A stretch of 64,000 nucleotides of DNA from the human T2T-CHM13v2.0 reference genome, Homo sapiens: NCBI RefSeq assembly GCF_009914755.1, contig NC_060931.1; one strand, given 5' to 3'. Numbering within the stretch: position 1 is the first letter of the stretch; every line of letters begins with the position of its first letter. The notes under the pieces are model-generated. The model was not told the origin of the DNA, did not search any database, and saw only the letters and a program-made list of their open reading frames with translations. Made by a program: the position numbers and the translations under genes. This document shows positions 16,455-31,104 of the stretch, one piece after another.

Positions 16455-16750
16455 TGAAGAAGCTCTGGAAATACCACCCTAAAATACGTCATTTTATCAT
16501 ACTATTGCTATGAATAGGTAAGCAAAGCAAGGCTTTTTTAATTCCCTGTACCTATCTAAAGACAGATTTTCCAAAGAAACTCAGTTGTCATTAATTCTCT
16601 TTCCAGGGAGATCCAGCAATGAGGAAAGATTAACTTTTATCACTGGAAAGGAGACTTTGTCATACCCAGACAGATATTGTCACAAACCGTCACCCATTTT
16701 TCTAAGGGCCCATTCATCTTTTCCAAACACCGCTTTCTACCTAAAGCCTA
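16455..16750 (+). mobile_element. Partial ERV1 LTR, MER34-like, inside the provirus
   Basis: 'ctggaaataccaccctaaaatacgtcatttt...aagggcccattcatctttt' resembles MER34-family LTR starts. Confidence 0.4.
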
Positions 16751-17055
16751 AATACCATCATTTGCCAAAGCCAAGGAAGGAGGGCATAGGTAAAGACCTA
16801 GTTAAAACAAGATGCCACGAAAGCAACTTAAACAAGGATAAGGCTTGTTATGTAAATTTAAATCAATGCCTTTTCCACTGTAAGAGTTTCTAGTTACTCA
16901 ATCCTTCCTCTCTTCCTAATGCACAGAGATATAAACTCTTACAAATAGAGATTTTCTTTATAGAAGTAATTTTTTTTTTTACACAAGGGTTTCAAAATAG
17001 CCAGCTAAATGCCAGAAAGCTGTATAATTGTACAGAAGGGCAGTGTACGTAAGGA

Positions 17056-17381
17056 CAGTGTACAATGCCATATAAGGACATTTTGGTCAATGATGGATTG
17101 CATGTATGATGGTGGTTCCATAATATTATAATACTATATTTTAACTGTACCTTTTCTATACATAGATGCACAAATACTCAGCATTGTATTACATCAGAAC
17201 AATAGCATGCTATACAGGTTTGTAGCCAAGAAGCAATAGGCTACACTATACAGCGTAGGTGTGTAGTAAGCTATACCATCCAGGTTTGTGTAAGTACACT
17301 CTATGATGTTCACACAATGACAGGATTGTCTAATGACACATTTTTCAAAATGTATCCCTATCATTAAGCAGCACATGACTG
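17056..17381 (+). mobile_element. Tigger3a (TcMar-Tigger MITE)
   Basis: Close match to the Tigger3a consensus ('taggtgtgtagtaagctataccatccaggtttgtgtaagtacactctatgatgttc'); right TIR ...catgactg followed by TA. Confidence 0.85.
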
Positions 17382-18444
17382 TATTTTGATGACTGATTTA
17401 GTTCAGCAGGAGAGCTTTTTGACTTAGCTTTTATTTCTTAACTAAAATTACATAGTTCAGGGTGGAGGCCATTAACAAATAGGACCAAAAACTGTCTTCT
17501 ATGCCTGGACTCAGCGTGGATACCTCTGAAAAAGAAGAAAGCCTACTTTACCTGAGAGCCACCTTCTATAAATACTTTATGCAGTTTTCTTTTCACCTTT
17601 GGGATGGGATAGTAGCTAAGCCAAACGTTAGCAGATTCTACTTTTTTTTTTAACAATTAGTCATTTAAGCTTTTTATTTGTCTTTTGAAACAGTTTTTAA
17701 AGGAGGCAATAAAAACTCTGAAATTTTTGTAGAAGTTTTTGTAGCGGTCCCTGGGTGATCCAAATTTGGGAGCCCTCATTTCTAAATTCACTTTTAAAGT
17801 ACAGTGCTGTTCATTCTGAATGTTCCACTGTAATTTTAAATTATTTTCTTTAGTAAGATTATGCCATTTTTGTAAGTATTATCTGCTTCTGAGGCCTAAT
17901 AACTATACACGTAAAGGTAGGCTTGGCTGGAAGGTGGAGCACTCAGTTCTTCAGAAATTACGGATCCCATTTTTATGCTGAACCTTGGCATTGGTTCTGA
18001 GATCCCCTTGATCAACACTGTCAGGGATTTTTCTCTACCTAGACTTGCAAGTGAAAAAAAACAAAGAGACTAGAACACAAAATTCCTGCAAATTTGCAAA
18101 AGCAGGAGTTCGTACCCTCTGCAGTGACTGCCATTTACTGCCTGTTTCTGCCTGGTCTGGTCAGACATCTGAGGCCTCTAACTGGATCCAATCTAGTTAG
18201 TTATTGTATCTGATCCAGTCCTGGACCCATTCCAGTTTTTGTGCCCACTTCCTAACTCAATTTAGATCCAAAATTTGCCTAAACAAACTCAGCTCAAAAC
18301 ACAAATCCATGAAACTTCAGAATCTGAGAAATAACTTATCCATGATCCCCAGTTGCTGCAAGTGACCAATGGACATGATGACCCTGGAAGGTGTCTCACC
18401 TGGTCAGTCAGTGCTCCTGGGGGTCCCAGGAAGCTCTACTTTGA

Positions 18445-18462
18445 ATCCCACTTCTGATGCCA
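18445..18462 (-). promoter_or_regulatory. Retroviral primer-binding site complementary to the tRNA-Leu(CAA) 3' end
   Basis: Minus strand tggcatcagaagtgggat, 2 nt after the LTR end; 16/18 match to TGGTGTCAGAAGTGGGAT. Confidence 0.8.
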
Positions 18463-18464
18463 TC

Positions 18465-18857
18465 TGTTAAATGAAAAACTGTAGACAAATTAAATTTGAT
18501 AGGGCTTAATTGATCAAAAAACAATTCCAGAATGGGGTGGACCTCAGAACCAGAATAGGTTCAGAGCAACTCCAAGGCTGGTTGGATAATATTTATGGAT
18601 AGGAAAAGGAAAGTGTTGTATAGAAAATGGAAGTACGGTACAGAACCAGCTCTATTAGTTACAGCTGGGCATTTGCCTTATTTGATCCTGCTTTGAACAG
18701 CCGGCTTCTTGTGAGTGGTTGACTGAAGTTTGGCTGTTGTGATTGGCTGAGGCTCGGCTACTCTTTACAAGAGAGGGTTAGAGTCTACTTTACACAACAA
18801 GTTAGGTTACAATTCATTATGTGTGAAGAAACCTTTAGGTGGAATACCTACATTACA
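18465..18857 (-). mobile_element. 5' LTR, MER57-like
   Basis: Homologous to 4535-4925 and abuts the primer-binding site; outer end degenerate. Confidence 0.8.
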
Positions 18858-18869
18858 GGAGAGTATTGA

Positions 18870-19096
18870 TTACCAGTTGGAAGCTATGCTGCTCTTAATG
18901 GTAACTCTGGACTTGTCCTTCCTATACGTGACTCTGATTTTGACCTTGACACGCAGCTTGCTGCAGAAATCAGCCATGCCACTGCAGACCAGATTACTGC
19001 CCAGCAGACCTGCTGAATCATGAAAAATAACAAATTTCTCTGGTAACTCACTGAACTTGGAGTGGCTGAGTAATCAGCAATAGAGAACTCATCCAT
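18870..19096 (+). mobile_element. Old MLT1-type LTR 3' fragment
   Basis: 'cagcagacctgctgaatcatgaaaaataacaaat...ggagtgg...cagcaatagagaact' resembles the MLT1 3' end. Confidence 0.45.
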
Positions 19097-20849
19097 TGCA
19101 TTAATCCACTGAGATTATTAAGTCGATCCAGCAACTGGATTTTCTTTTGCCGATAAACACAACTAGTAACACAACTGATTCAGCAAAAAATCACAATTCC
19201 ATGGGTAAGAATTGCTGGCCTAGGTGACTGGTGATAACTCTAGAGATGAAAGTACTGTTAGAAGCTTTTCATTTTGGTAGTATTAAAACTGTTTTGTGGA
19301 TGCCCTGGTTTTCAGGAAGAGCTCCAAAGTCTGTCTGAAAAGAAAGGCCAGCATTCTGCTCTACTTCTGCTGGACCACATGTGTTCAATACAGGGCTTTT
19401 CAGAAAAAAAAAAAAAAAATTCCATTTTCTAAAAAGGGTCAGCCTGAAAAAACACTGTTATAAAGATTCAAATATCACTAATCTTGTCCAACTGTATCAA
19501 GAATTATTACAACAGACCCAGAGAAGTAAGGTGGTTAGTTCAAGTTCATGTAACTGAAAGTGACAAAGCAGAAATATAACTCCCTTCTCTATCCACCTAA
19601 CTTGGGCTTTTGACTCCTACAACATCCTGAGACTTTCAATATGAAGGGTAAGGGTGGCGTCTGCAACCGCAAATGGCTGGATAGCACCCCATAAATCAAG
19701 AAATGCCTTAGCATCTGTGGTTATTCAGTTCATCAACAAGTATTTATTAAACAACTGTCACCATCAAGTAGGTCCTACATAGGCGTGTTCCTCCCTGAAG
19801 GAGCAGGACTCCTAAAGTTATAAAGATCCATAGCAGGACAGATGTAGCCTTTTTAAAAAGTTCTAAACCTCATTCTCCACTGCGTGTTTATTAGGACAAA
19901 TAAAAATCCATTTTCCTTCCCCACCTCCTTTATCTGAAAAGAAAGTTCAGTCCTTTCTTTAAGTCTGATACTTTACATATATATTTAGTGTTTTAATATT
20001 TAAATTTTTCAAGTTTATTTTTAATACTTAGTGTTATCTTTACGTTATTGAATAGAAAGAATAGGCACTTGAGCCCCAATACCAAGTCATCATTGTACTG
20101 GATTGCCCACAAACTAAAGTCCAGTTTGAGTATTGTAGATGAGCCCCATTAGTTTTGCCAACCAAGAACAAGTCAACAGTTTTTGCTTCCAAGTTCAGTA
20201 CCAATGAGTGCACTGTATTTTTCTCTGTCTTCCACTCTGTAGCAAATAGTGAAGTCTTAGACTATTTTCAGGGAAATAACTTGTACATTGTAAAATCATG
20301 ATAAAAATAAAAGCATTTTGTTATTAGATAAGGACATTCCTGTTTCGTTGTGAATTCTATATTTGTATTTACCCAAAGTGCATCATTAACAAGTAGTCTT
20401 TATTCAGTATTACCTTGTCCATTTCCCTATGCAGGATAAATGAATATGCATATAAATAAAAAATATTTACAAACAAGTAAATAGCCCCTTGGTTACATCA
20501 GAATTGTTAATAAAGAGCTTACTATATTTTAGATACAGTTTGTAAAATGTGGTCTCCTCCCTGGTACCAATGAGGATCTCACACATTTTGTACTCAAATA
20601 AAAGTGATACAAAATTAAGAACACTTATTTCACAGTTAAGAATAATCATATTCCTGCCTTGGAGGAAGAAGGTATAGAAAGAGAGTGATAGCCATTAGAT
20701 TCAGCTTCAGCTACCATTCGGGGGACCATATGCCAGATACTTTCACTACAGTCATTTAAACCTCCAAGCAGTCTGGATGAGGGAAACATGATTATCACCT
20801 CTTTTCCACAGATAAGGAAACTGAGAATCAAAAATATATATGAGAAAAA

Positions 20850-21862
20850 TAGTTACTTTACTGTAGAAAAACCTTGCAGACACTACCTGTGGTTGGCAGA
20901 CTAATTCTCCCCTAAGATATTCATGTCCTAATCCCTAGACCTGTGATTATATTATGTTACTTGGCAAAGAAGAATTAAGGTTGCTAATCAGATAACCTTA
21001 AAATAGGGAAATGATCTTGGATTAGCTAGGTGGGCCCAATATAATCACAAAGGTTCTTAAAGGGGAAGAGGGAAGTGGATGAAGAGATCAATCAGGGAGA
21101 GATCTGAAGAGGCTTTGAATCTGGTTTTGAAGATGGAGGTAAATGAGCTAGTGAAATGCAGACAGCCTCTAGAAACTAGGAAAGGCAAAGAAACAGAGCC
21201 CACAAAAAGGAACACAGCTGTGCTGACACCTTGATTTTAGCCGTGTGATAACCATGTTGTACTTCTAACCTATAGAACTATCAGATAATAAATGTGTGTC
21301 ATTTTAAACCATTAAACTTGTGGTAATTTGTTACAGCAGAACTAGGGAACAACTACATCGCCTTTATCAAGTGACAAATTTCACATCACCAGGGATGTCA
21401 TATTGATGTCATGTGCCACCTGATATGATGCAATGAGGGGGACATATCTTCTCTGTGGTTTTCTTCCCAAAAACCCATCGTTTCAACCCCAATGGAGGGA
21501 CATTCTAGAAAATAACTAAAAAGTATTCTTCAAAACTTTAAAGCTCATGAAAAACCAGGAGAGACTGAGAAGCTATCACAAATCTAAAGAGTAAGAAGAC
21601 AAGACAATTGACTAAGATCAATATTGTATTCTTAATTGGATCTTGGAACTAAAACTAACAAGAGTGAAATAACTGGTGAAATATGAATAATGTCTCTAGT
21701 TTAGTGGATAGTATTGTGGCAAACTTAATTTTTTACTTTTGACAAATGTACTGTGGTTGTGAACACTAGAATAAAACAGAGTGAAGGGAACTTGGGCGCT
21801 CTGTACTTTGTGACTTTTCTGTAAACCAAAAATTATTCCAAAGTAAAAATTTATTTAAAAAT
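20850..21862 (+). mobile_element. Ancient L1MC/MD 3' fragment interrupted by an MLT1 LTR
   Basis: L1M 3'UTR-like motifs on both sides of the LTR, ending 'ttattccaaagtaaaaatttatttaaaa'. Confidence 0.6.
20888..21357 (+). mobile_element. MLT1D-like solo LTR
   Basis: tgtgg...taca ends; 'ggtgggcccaatataatcaca', 'gacaccttgattttagcc', 'tggtaatttgttacagcag'. Confidence 0.8.
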
Positions 21863-22015
21863 AAGTAAAACAAAAGTTTCTAAAGCAAAGTTTTTCATGA
21901 AAGACACATGCCTGAGAGAGTCAACTTTAGATCCAAGTTTTGTAGTCCTAAGTTCTCGTCCCCTGTTTCCTCCCAGTATACTATTCTGTCCCAGGACTTA
22001 GAATCTACTCAAGCT

Positions 22016-22321
<306 letters not shown>

Positions 22322-22824
22322 GAAATAATCTATCTAGGATAGTTTCTAGAGTTGATGTCTCAAACTCTAGGTGTCCTGAAGTGAGTGCTATGGCAGAGAC
22401 ATCTTGTTACATTATTGGGGCTAAGTAGAGAACAATGATTATAGGAGTTATAATAATAGTTAGCATTCATTGAATTTCCTGTGATCCAGGCACTGTTCTA
22501 AGCCCTTTACATGTAGTTATCTCATTGAACCCACAAAATAACTTTGTAATGTGGAATTATCTTTATTCATTTCCAAATGAAGAAACTGAGACACAGGAAA
22601 GTGAAGCAAATTATGACATGGCCAATAAGTGACAGAATCAGATTTCAACCCTCACCAATCTGATACTAAGATAGAGCATCTGACTGTAACTGTAAAAGCA
22701 TTTGGGCTGAAAGTACAGCTCAATACATCCTTATTAATAATGATGATATTAGCAGGTAACATTTATTAAGATTTTCCCTTATTTAAACCTCACTGCTATC
22801 CCTATGAGGTAAGTACTGCTACAG

Positions 22825-23250
22825 ATCAGGTACCCTGGGAAGTAAACTTCGAGACAGGTATTAGAATACAGGAAGTTTATTGGGAAGAGCTCTCCGGATT
22901 AACATCTGTAATGGAAGGGGGGGTTAGCAAGATAGGAAAAAGTTGTATTGTGGTATGATCACAAGTCTCAGCCCTTTCTAATTGGATGGAGCACTGGAGC
23001 TGGGAGAGCACTGCAGAGCTGTGCAAATTGTGGCAAAGTGGCTGGGGGCATATACACCCTCAGTGGTAGTTCCTGGATGTGGGTGGCACCAAGGGAGGGT
23101 TGAGGCCTTGCGTGAGGGCAGGGGCAGTCTCCGGAAGGGGACTCATCTGTGAGTCAGCAGCAGCCACCCTGCCAGGCAACTTCAGGATAAGCACTTCAGT
23201 TCTGGAGTGTGGGCAGAGTGCTAGGCAGATTTTGAGTGGTATACCACATA
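22825..23250 (-). mobile_element. Old ERVL LTR (LTR33/LTR16-like)
   Basis: 'caggaagtttattgggaagagctctc...ctggagctggga' motifs; boundaries approximate. Confidence 0.45.
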
Positions 23251-23315
23251 TTTATGATTCAAAAAACTGAAGACTAAAGAAAAAGCTACATGCCACAAAT
23301 AAAATAAATGGTCAT

Positions 23316-23814
23316 TGTATTAGTCAGTGTTCTCCAGAGAAACAAAGCCATTAGGATGTGTGGATCAATTAGCAAATGATTGATAGGTAGCTAGATAGAT
23401 TATTGATTTATTATAAGGAACTGGCTTATACAATTATGGAGGCTAAGAATTTTAGTCCTAGGAGAGCCAATATAATTCCAGTATGAGTGTGAAGATCTAA
23501 AATGCAACAGAGCCAGTGGTGTAAGTTCTGGTCAGAGTCCTAGTTTGAAGGCAAGTGAAGACAGATATCCCAGCTCCCATACAGGCACACAGAGAGAATT
23601 CTTTCTTACTCAGCCTTTCTTGTTCTATTCAGGCCTTCAACAGATTGAATAAGGCCCGTCTACACTGAGGAGGACAATCTGCTTTACTCCTTCTACAGAT
23701 TCAGGTGTTATTCTCATCCAGAAACATCCTCAAAGATATACTACAATAAGGTTCAACCAAATGTCTGGGTGTCCCATGATCCTGTGAGGTTGACATATAA
23801 AGTCCACTGTTACA
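23316..23814 (-). mobile_element. MLT2-type (ERVL) solo LTR
   Basis: 'tgtattagtcagtgttctccagagaaaca...ttgacatataa...aca'. Confidence 0.8.
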
Positions 23815-25204
23815 GTAAGTGACATAAGTAAAGCATGGCTTCAAGTCTGTTGGAGTCCATTGTGAATCCTAACCAGTGTGCTATGCTGTCTCAAAATATG
23901 CAGGAGCTACTGGGGACCAAAGGAGAGTTTAGGGAGAGTGTGATGGGAGCAAATACACTGATACAATTGCAAGGGCAGCTTCCTAGTTCACTCCAGGAAG
24001 TCAAATGCTCCCTGAGAAGTGACATAAGGCAGTTATAAATTGAATCATATTTTGATGTAGTTATAGTGACTCTTAACCACCTATTTAAAACGATAATACA
24101 AAATATCTTTATTAAGTGAATAAGGCATTAAATTACTTCTAAAAATTTTACATGCAAAAAATATGAAAGATTAAAAAGGGATGTTCAGATGCATTAGTAG
24201 TATAAGAATAGAACTCCCAAACCAGCAATCTCTGACGTTCTGGTACATTGGGCTTTCTTCAACTAGAACTCACATATGTGTAATTAACTCTGCTCATAGT
24301 GGCAAGGAAATATAATTCTATGTGCAAACATATTTGTGAAAATTGATATGCTGATATATTTTTATATATTTACTCTAGCTCAAATAATTGAATGGTTAAT
24401 TTAACTATTGTGAATAACACTCCAAAAAATGTTTCACTTTTTTGGCTAATTTAACAGCAATTAAATGAACTGTTAAACTCTTTTTTTCAAAATTACAGAA
24501 CTTGTCTTATAATGCATTTGAAAGCCTCTAATTTCCTGTGTATCAAAGAGTGAAGTTTACTCTTTCCATTTTAGATTTAACAAAAGTAGTTAACTGGGAA
24601 GATCTAAAGAGAAGTAATTCCAAACAGGATTTCCATTTTACATGGAAATGTGACAAGAAGAATTAAAAGGAGCAGAATGAGGTAATGAAGGGAGAGGTGA
24701 AGAAGGACAAGAAGGAAGTGGGAGAGATAGAGGAGCTTGTTTAAGGTTTAATGATAAGAATAGTAAATAACCATGAGGTCATTAGAAATAAAAACAATTT
24801 TAGATACTTTGTAATCCACTGCTATTCCAGATTCATATACCCCTGTAAAACTGCTAACAAGGCCTGCTCTTCCCATAGTTCTACTTTCAACTCGTCTTTA
24901 AATATAAAGATGAGAAAATGTCAAATGCTTTTCCAAAATCAAGCTATAATATATCTAGAGTAGAGCACTCCCCAGATTTTCTAGTCAAATAAACACTGCC
25001 TAAAAAGGAACTGAGTCTGATCTGGCATTAGTTTCTAGTAAATTTATTCTATAATCACTGCATTCTTTTCTTAGATTCATAAAGTGTCTGTTTATTAATC
25101 CATTTAAGAACTTGACCAGAGTTTGTCATAGTCACATGTCAATTCTATGGCTTGGAGTTTTTCTGCTCTTTGATATTTGCAAGATTTCAACTTTGACACC
25201 ATGT

Positions 25205-25300
25205 TAATAATATAATAATTAATTATAATAATAATTAATAATATAATTATAATAATAATTAATATAATTATAATAATTAATAATATAATTATAAAATATA
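25205..25300. repeat. AT-rich low-complexity (TAA)n-like repeat
   Basis: Directly visible. Confidence 0.85.
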
Positions 25301-25714
25301 ATCCCCAATGGTAAACAATCATAAAACCTATTTTTATATAACTTTTTCACTGTACTGCAATATGAAGATTATTCTCCTTGATGAAAATGACATTAGCCAA
25401 TAGCAGAACTCCCATCCACAGAATTGTTCAAGTAAACACTAGCTGATTCCATGTGATAAAGTACTGCCACTTTCTTTCCTTTTACCACTTAGGATTTTAC
25501 ATTCTTTTCAAGGTAGTGTACATCCACCACACAAATGTAATATATTCATTTATTCAACAAATGGTTATTAAGGAAAGTTTTTGTTTGATTACTATGAGCT
25601 AAATGCTGAATTGAACACTGAGAAGACAAAGAAAAATACAACAAAATCTGAGGCTTTAGAGCTGGCACTCTTCTTACCATCACCAAACACCTTTGAATTA
25701 AGTAGAAGCCCCAT

Positions 25715-26093
25715 TGTCCTAGTGCATTTTGTGCTGCTGTAAGTGAATACCTGAAACTGGGTAATTTGTAAAGAATAGAAATTTAGTTCTCACAGCTGTA
25801 GAGGCTGGGCAGTTCAAGATCAAGATACCAGCAGGTTCAGTGTCTGGTGAGGGCTGCTCTCTGCTTCCATGATGGCCTTTGAATGCTATATTCTCTGGAG
25901 GGGCAGTGCACTGTGTTCTCACACGGTAGTAGGTTGAGGGGCAAAAAGCCCTTTTATCATGGCATTAATCCATCATAAGGGAAGAGTCTCGTGACCTAAA
26001 CATCTCCCAAAAGGCCCCACCTGCCCACACTGTTGCATTGGAGATTACGTTTTCAACATAAGAATTGAGGGGGACACACTGAGACCGTTAACA
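25715..26093 (-). mobile_element. MST (MSTC/D-like) MaLR solo LTR
   Basis: tg...ca ends, MST motifs, perfect 5-bp TSD cccat at 25710-25714 and 26094-26098. Confidence 0.85.
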
Positions 26094-29000
26094 CCCATTA
26101 AACACAAATGTTTCCTAAAAATGTATTTTTAAGTTAATCAGAATGAAATTATGGTGACCAAGGATCAGATATTTTACAACAGTGTTTCTCAGAGCCTTTT
26201 AACATGCTGATATGCATTGTGAATATGTCAAAGCAGAAAAGAATATATAATGCTTGCCAAACTTACATGGCCTTAAAATCCCCCTTTCCTCCTTGAGACT
26301 TATTAAAAGGGTAGGATTTTGCAGAAAGAATTGTTTCCAATATGGCTGGGAAATGATGGGAATAAGGAGAAATGTGTCTTTAGCACTACCCTATCTCTTA
26401 TTCTGTCATCATCACAGTGGAACTCAAAGGTAATTCCAAGGCAAACAGTGAATAAGTGAATGAGTGAACAATATAGACCATATGCAAGAGGGAACCGACT
26501 TTACATAAAGATCTTATAGAAGAAACAGAAATATGTTTTTTATACTTATATGAGTAGCCTAGAATGTACCCTCTACATATGCACAGTGATTCTCAGACTC
26601 AGGAGTGCCTGTATACAAACTGGATGGAGAAATTTTGCATCTATATGACCTAAGTTTTCCATTGCTCAGACAGCTCTTTTTCCTTCATAAAATCCTTTTG
26701 AACTCTTCAAACAAAGCTCAGTGCCATTCCTTAAAGCAGTGATTCTCAAACTTTAATCTACAGATCATCTATATCAAAACTCTTGGGATGCTCATTAAAA
26801 ACTGTGAATTTCTTAACCCTACAAAAATTGTACCCTAAAATATGCATTTTTTAAAAAGGATTATTTTAGTGATTCATATGCACAATAGAACTGGAGAAGC
26901 ATGGAATTAGAATCCAATCTCTCCAACTCTTTTTCCCTTATTTTAAGAAACATCTTCCTATAACTCATCACTTTGAATCTCCAGGGCAATGGGACAGATT
27001 GTCACCATAGGTAACAGGAATGCACAGGTGACTCAGAAACACTATTGTGTCAAAAATGGTAACCTCACTAAAATTCAAACATTTTAATGGGGTACAATAA
27101 TAAGAAAAAACAAGGATGGCTAGTTTGGGATTAATTTCCATCTCATTATTGCACATTGGGAAAGCTCAGAAGTCAGAGGAAAGCAGATAATGAGCCTGAA
27201 GATAATGAGATAATATATTTCTAGGCACCTTTAATACATATTTATTTCATAAAAATTTGAAATCAGGATATGGAGTAGAGGGTTCTGGGAAAATGGCCAC
27301 TGGAGCTCACATCCCCAGCCCCATCCTCCACAGCTCCTTGTTAAAGAGGTTTAACAAATAAATTAATCTTGCTGTTAAATACTCCAGAGAAAAGCACAGT
27401 TAGGTATTTCATTTTGGTAACGCCTGGGAGACAATCAATAGACCAACAGACTTGGGGTTAAGGCTACTGAGAGTTTTGGTGGCAGACACTGATGGAATCT
27501 CTGTTGTGGAGTGGAAACGTGGTTTTCGCACTTTGCTTTTCTCTGGGAGTACCCTATTTAATAAGCCAAATCTTGAAGAAGGTGTACTCATAAACTGACT
27601 TATTTGTGACCCAATGGTCAAGAAGAGCCATTTCTCTTCTGCTTGGTACTAAAGAGGGCTAACCCGAGAGGAGTTTTTCCCTATTGCCCAGTAGAATATT
27701 CTGTTTTTCCTACCTGAACAACCTACAGAAAGCTCTCCAGGACCCCACAGCCTGAAAGGTTCCAAAACCTATCTGTGCTATGCTGAGATTAATTATACCT
27801 ACGGGTAGGCAAAGAAAAATCACAAACCATTGATGTAAACACCATAAACACATTAACTAGAAGAAAAAATATTCCATGTAAACAATGAAGGACTAGTATC
27901 TAAAAATATAAAGAACATTTACAAAACAAGAAGAAAAAGTTAAACCCAAAGAAAAAGTTAATACAAAATGTGGGCAAAGATTATAGAAAAGCAATACAGA
28001 AACACTCAACGTAAGAAAAACCCATGCACATATCTATAAAGAGACATGTACAGGAATATGTATTTCAAAATTACAGAAAAAATTTAAACAGCCTATTTTT
28101 AAATTGCTATTTATTCATGTAGCTCAATATTGAATTAAAATGAATGAAATACTGACACATGAATCGACATGGATAAATCTCAAAAACCTAATATTATATG
28201 AAAAAAGCAAGTATATGGATTATAAATATACAATAATACTATGCACACAAATTTTTTAAACCATAAAATACTACGTTTCTATTATGTATACATAACATAC
28301 ATAATATACAGACAGACTAAACCCACATAGGAATAACAAACAACAAATTGAGGATAACAATTACTTCTCTCAAAAAGGGGAAGAAAATAACAGTGTCGCT
28401 ACTGAATCTCTAATGTGTTACTTCTAAACAAGCCAAAACAGGAGGAAGAAAATAAAGCAAAATCATATGTTCAAAATTTTACTAGTTTTTTCTATGTTTC
28501 TATATGCTTTAAATATTGTATTTGATGTAAGAACACTATAGTAAGACCTCAGCATAGCTGAGTATCAACTCGAGTTTTCAATTTGGAAAAAAATTACCAA
28601 ATCCAAATTATAATAAATAAAAAAGATACATCTAGACACAACTTATGAAATAACTGAACTCTAAAGATAAAGCTGATTTTACAGGCTTTCAGACACAAAG
28701 AACTAAAAACAAACTCTTAGCAAAGATATAACTCTTACATAAAAGCAAAATAGATATGTTAAAACTACAAATTAGCATACATTATTGTGTATATACAATA
28801 TTCATACAAAAAGCACTCTCTCTACAGACACCTGATAATGCAATTAAAATTTTAAAATAAGGTTAATTATAATACTGTTTCATAAGTCTTTCCTGCTCCA
28901 TAGTCATGATCAATTTCTTTTTCTAAATATTAAATAACTATATTCTAGCAATACGCTTTAGAAGTTTTTGTTTAGAAGAAATTTCAGATGTATTTGTCTA

Positions 29001-29237
29001 TAGTTTCTATATTATAGATGTATGTGTTTTGGCATGGCTCCAAGACTTCACATTAACTTGGTAATTATTGAAGTGATTCTGTTATCACATGTTCTGGTTT
29101 TTCCAGTACACAAAGTTAAACAGTGTCTAGGCCTGAGACAGGAACGCAGTGAGAGCTGCGAAATGGCTTCATAATTACTCCTCGGCAAACTTGAGTCTCA
29201 ATTTAACCTTAAGCAAGTAAATATCAGATTATAACTT

Positions 29238-29238
29238 T

Positions 29239-29287
<49 letters not shown>
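29238..29287. repeat. (TA)n microsatellite at the Alu tail
   Basis: Directly visible. Confidence 0.9.
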
Positions 29288-29634
<347 letters not shown>

Positions 29635-30013
29635 TGAAGAAAAAGATGACAGGAAAAAAAAATTCAAATGGGTCTGCCTTTTCTGCTGTGGTTAACTTTA
29701 TCCCGTCATCTCCAAACAGAGATGTTACTCTTATTTTTCTTATTACTATAAAGATAGAGGCTTTACAATTCTTATTATCATAAGGATAACTATTTCTAAT
29801 GTGTCAGAATTTTTTTAAAACCTCAGCTCATTTCCCATCCTTGCTTCCCAGATCTCATTTTTATCAGTAGCACAACTTTTACCTATTCACCCTAAGATTT
29901 ATACTTCTGTTCATATTTTTTAAATATGCTATAAAATCTAAAGACAAAGGAGGAAAAGGTTGTGTTTTATTTTCTCTATAATCACTGTATTTTTTATAAA
30001 AAGTCAAATAAAG

Positions 30014-30324
<311 letters not shown>

Positions 30325-30493
30325 TCAAAAAAGAAAAAAAGACATTCTGACATGCAGGAAATAATGTATATACCTTCTGTAATTATTCATAACTCTTGAG
30401 GAAAATACTAGACATGCTCCTACCAAATGACAAATTAATAAGAACAAAGTTTCAGAATAAGACAAAAAAAATTAAATGAAAAAGTGGAGAGCA

Positions 30494-30602
30494 ATATATA
30501 TATATGTGTGTATATAGCAATGTGTAATGTGTATATGTATACACACACACATATATACACACACATATATACACACATATATGTGTATGTATACATATAT
30601 AT
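30494..30602. repeat. (TA)/(CA)/(TG) compound microsatellite
   Basis: Directly visible. Confidence 0.85.
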
Positions 30603-30746
30603 TTAAATTTGAGGATATATATAAACCGGTATGACTGTGAATTATAACAAAAGTATTAAATAAAGATTCTCAAAGACTTTTCATAGTTCAAAAATAAAAA
30701 TTCCTTAAACCTAGGAATTGTGGTAGCATTAAATAAATGCATCCCT

Positions 30747-31104
<358 letters not shown>

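Noticed and set aside
18445-18462. tRNA gene
   Set aside because: Only the 3'-terminal ~20 nt match and they abut an LTR, so this is a primer-binding site
18884-19096. Minus-strand ORF MDEFSIADYS... followed by a gtgagt donor
   Set aside because: Overlaps an MLT1-like LTR fragment and has no recognisable protein similarity
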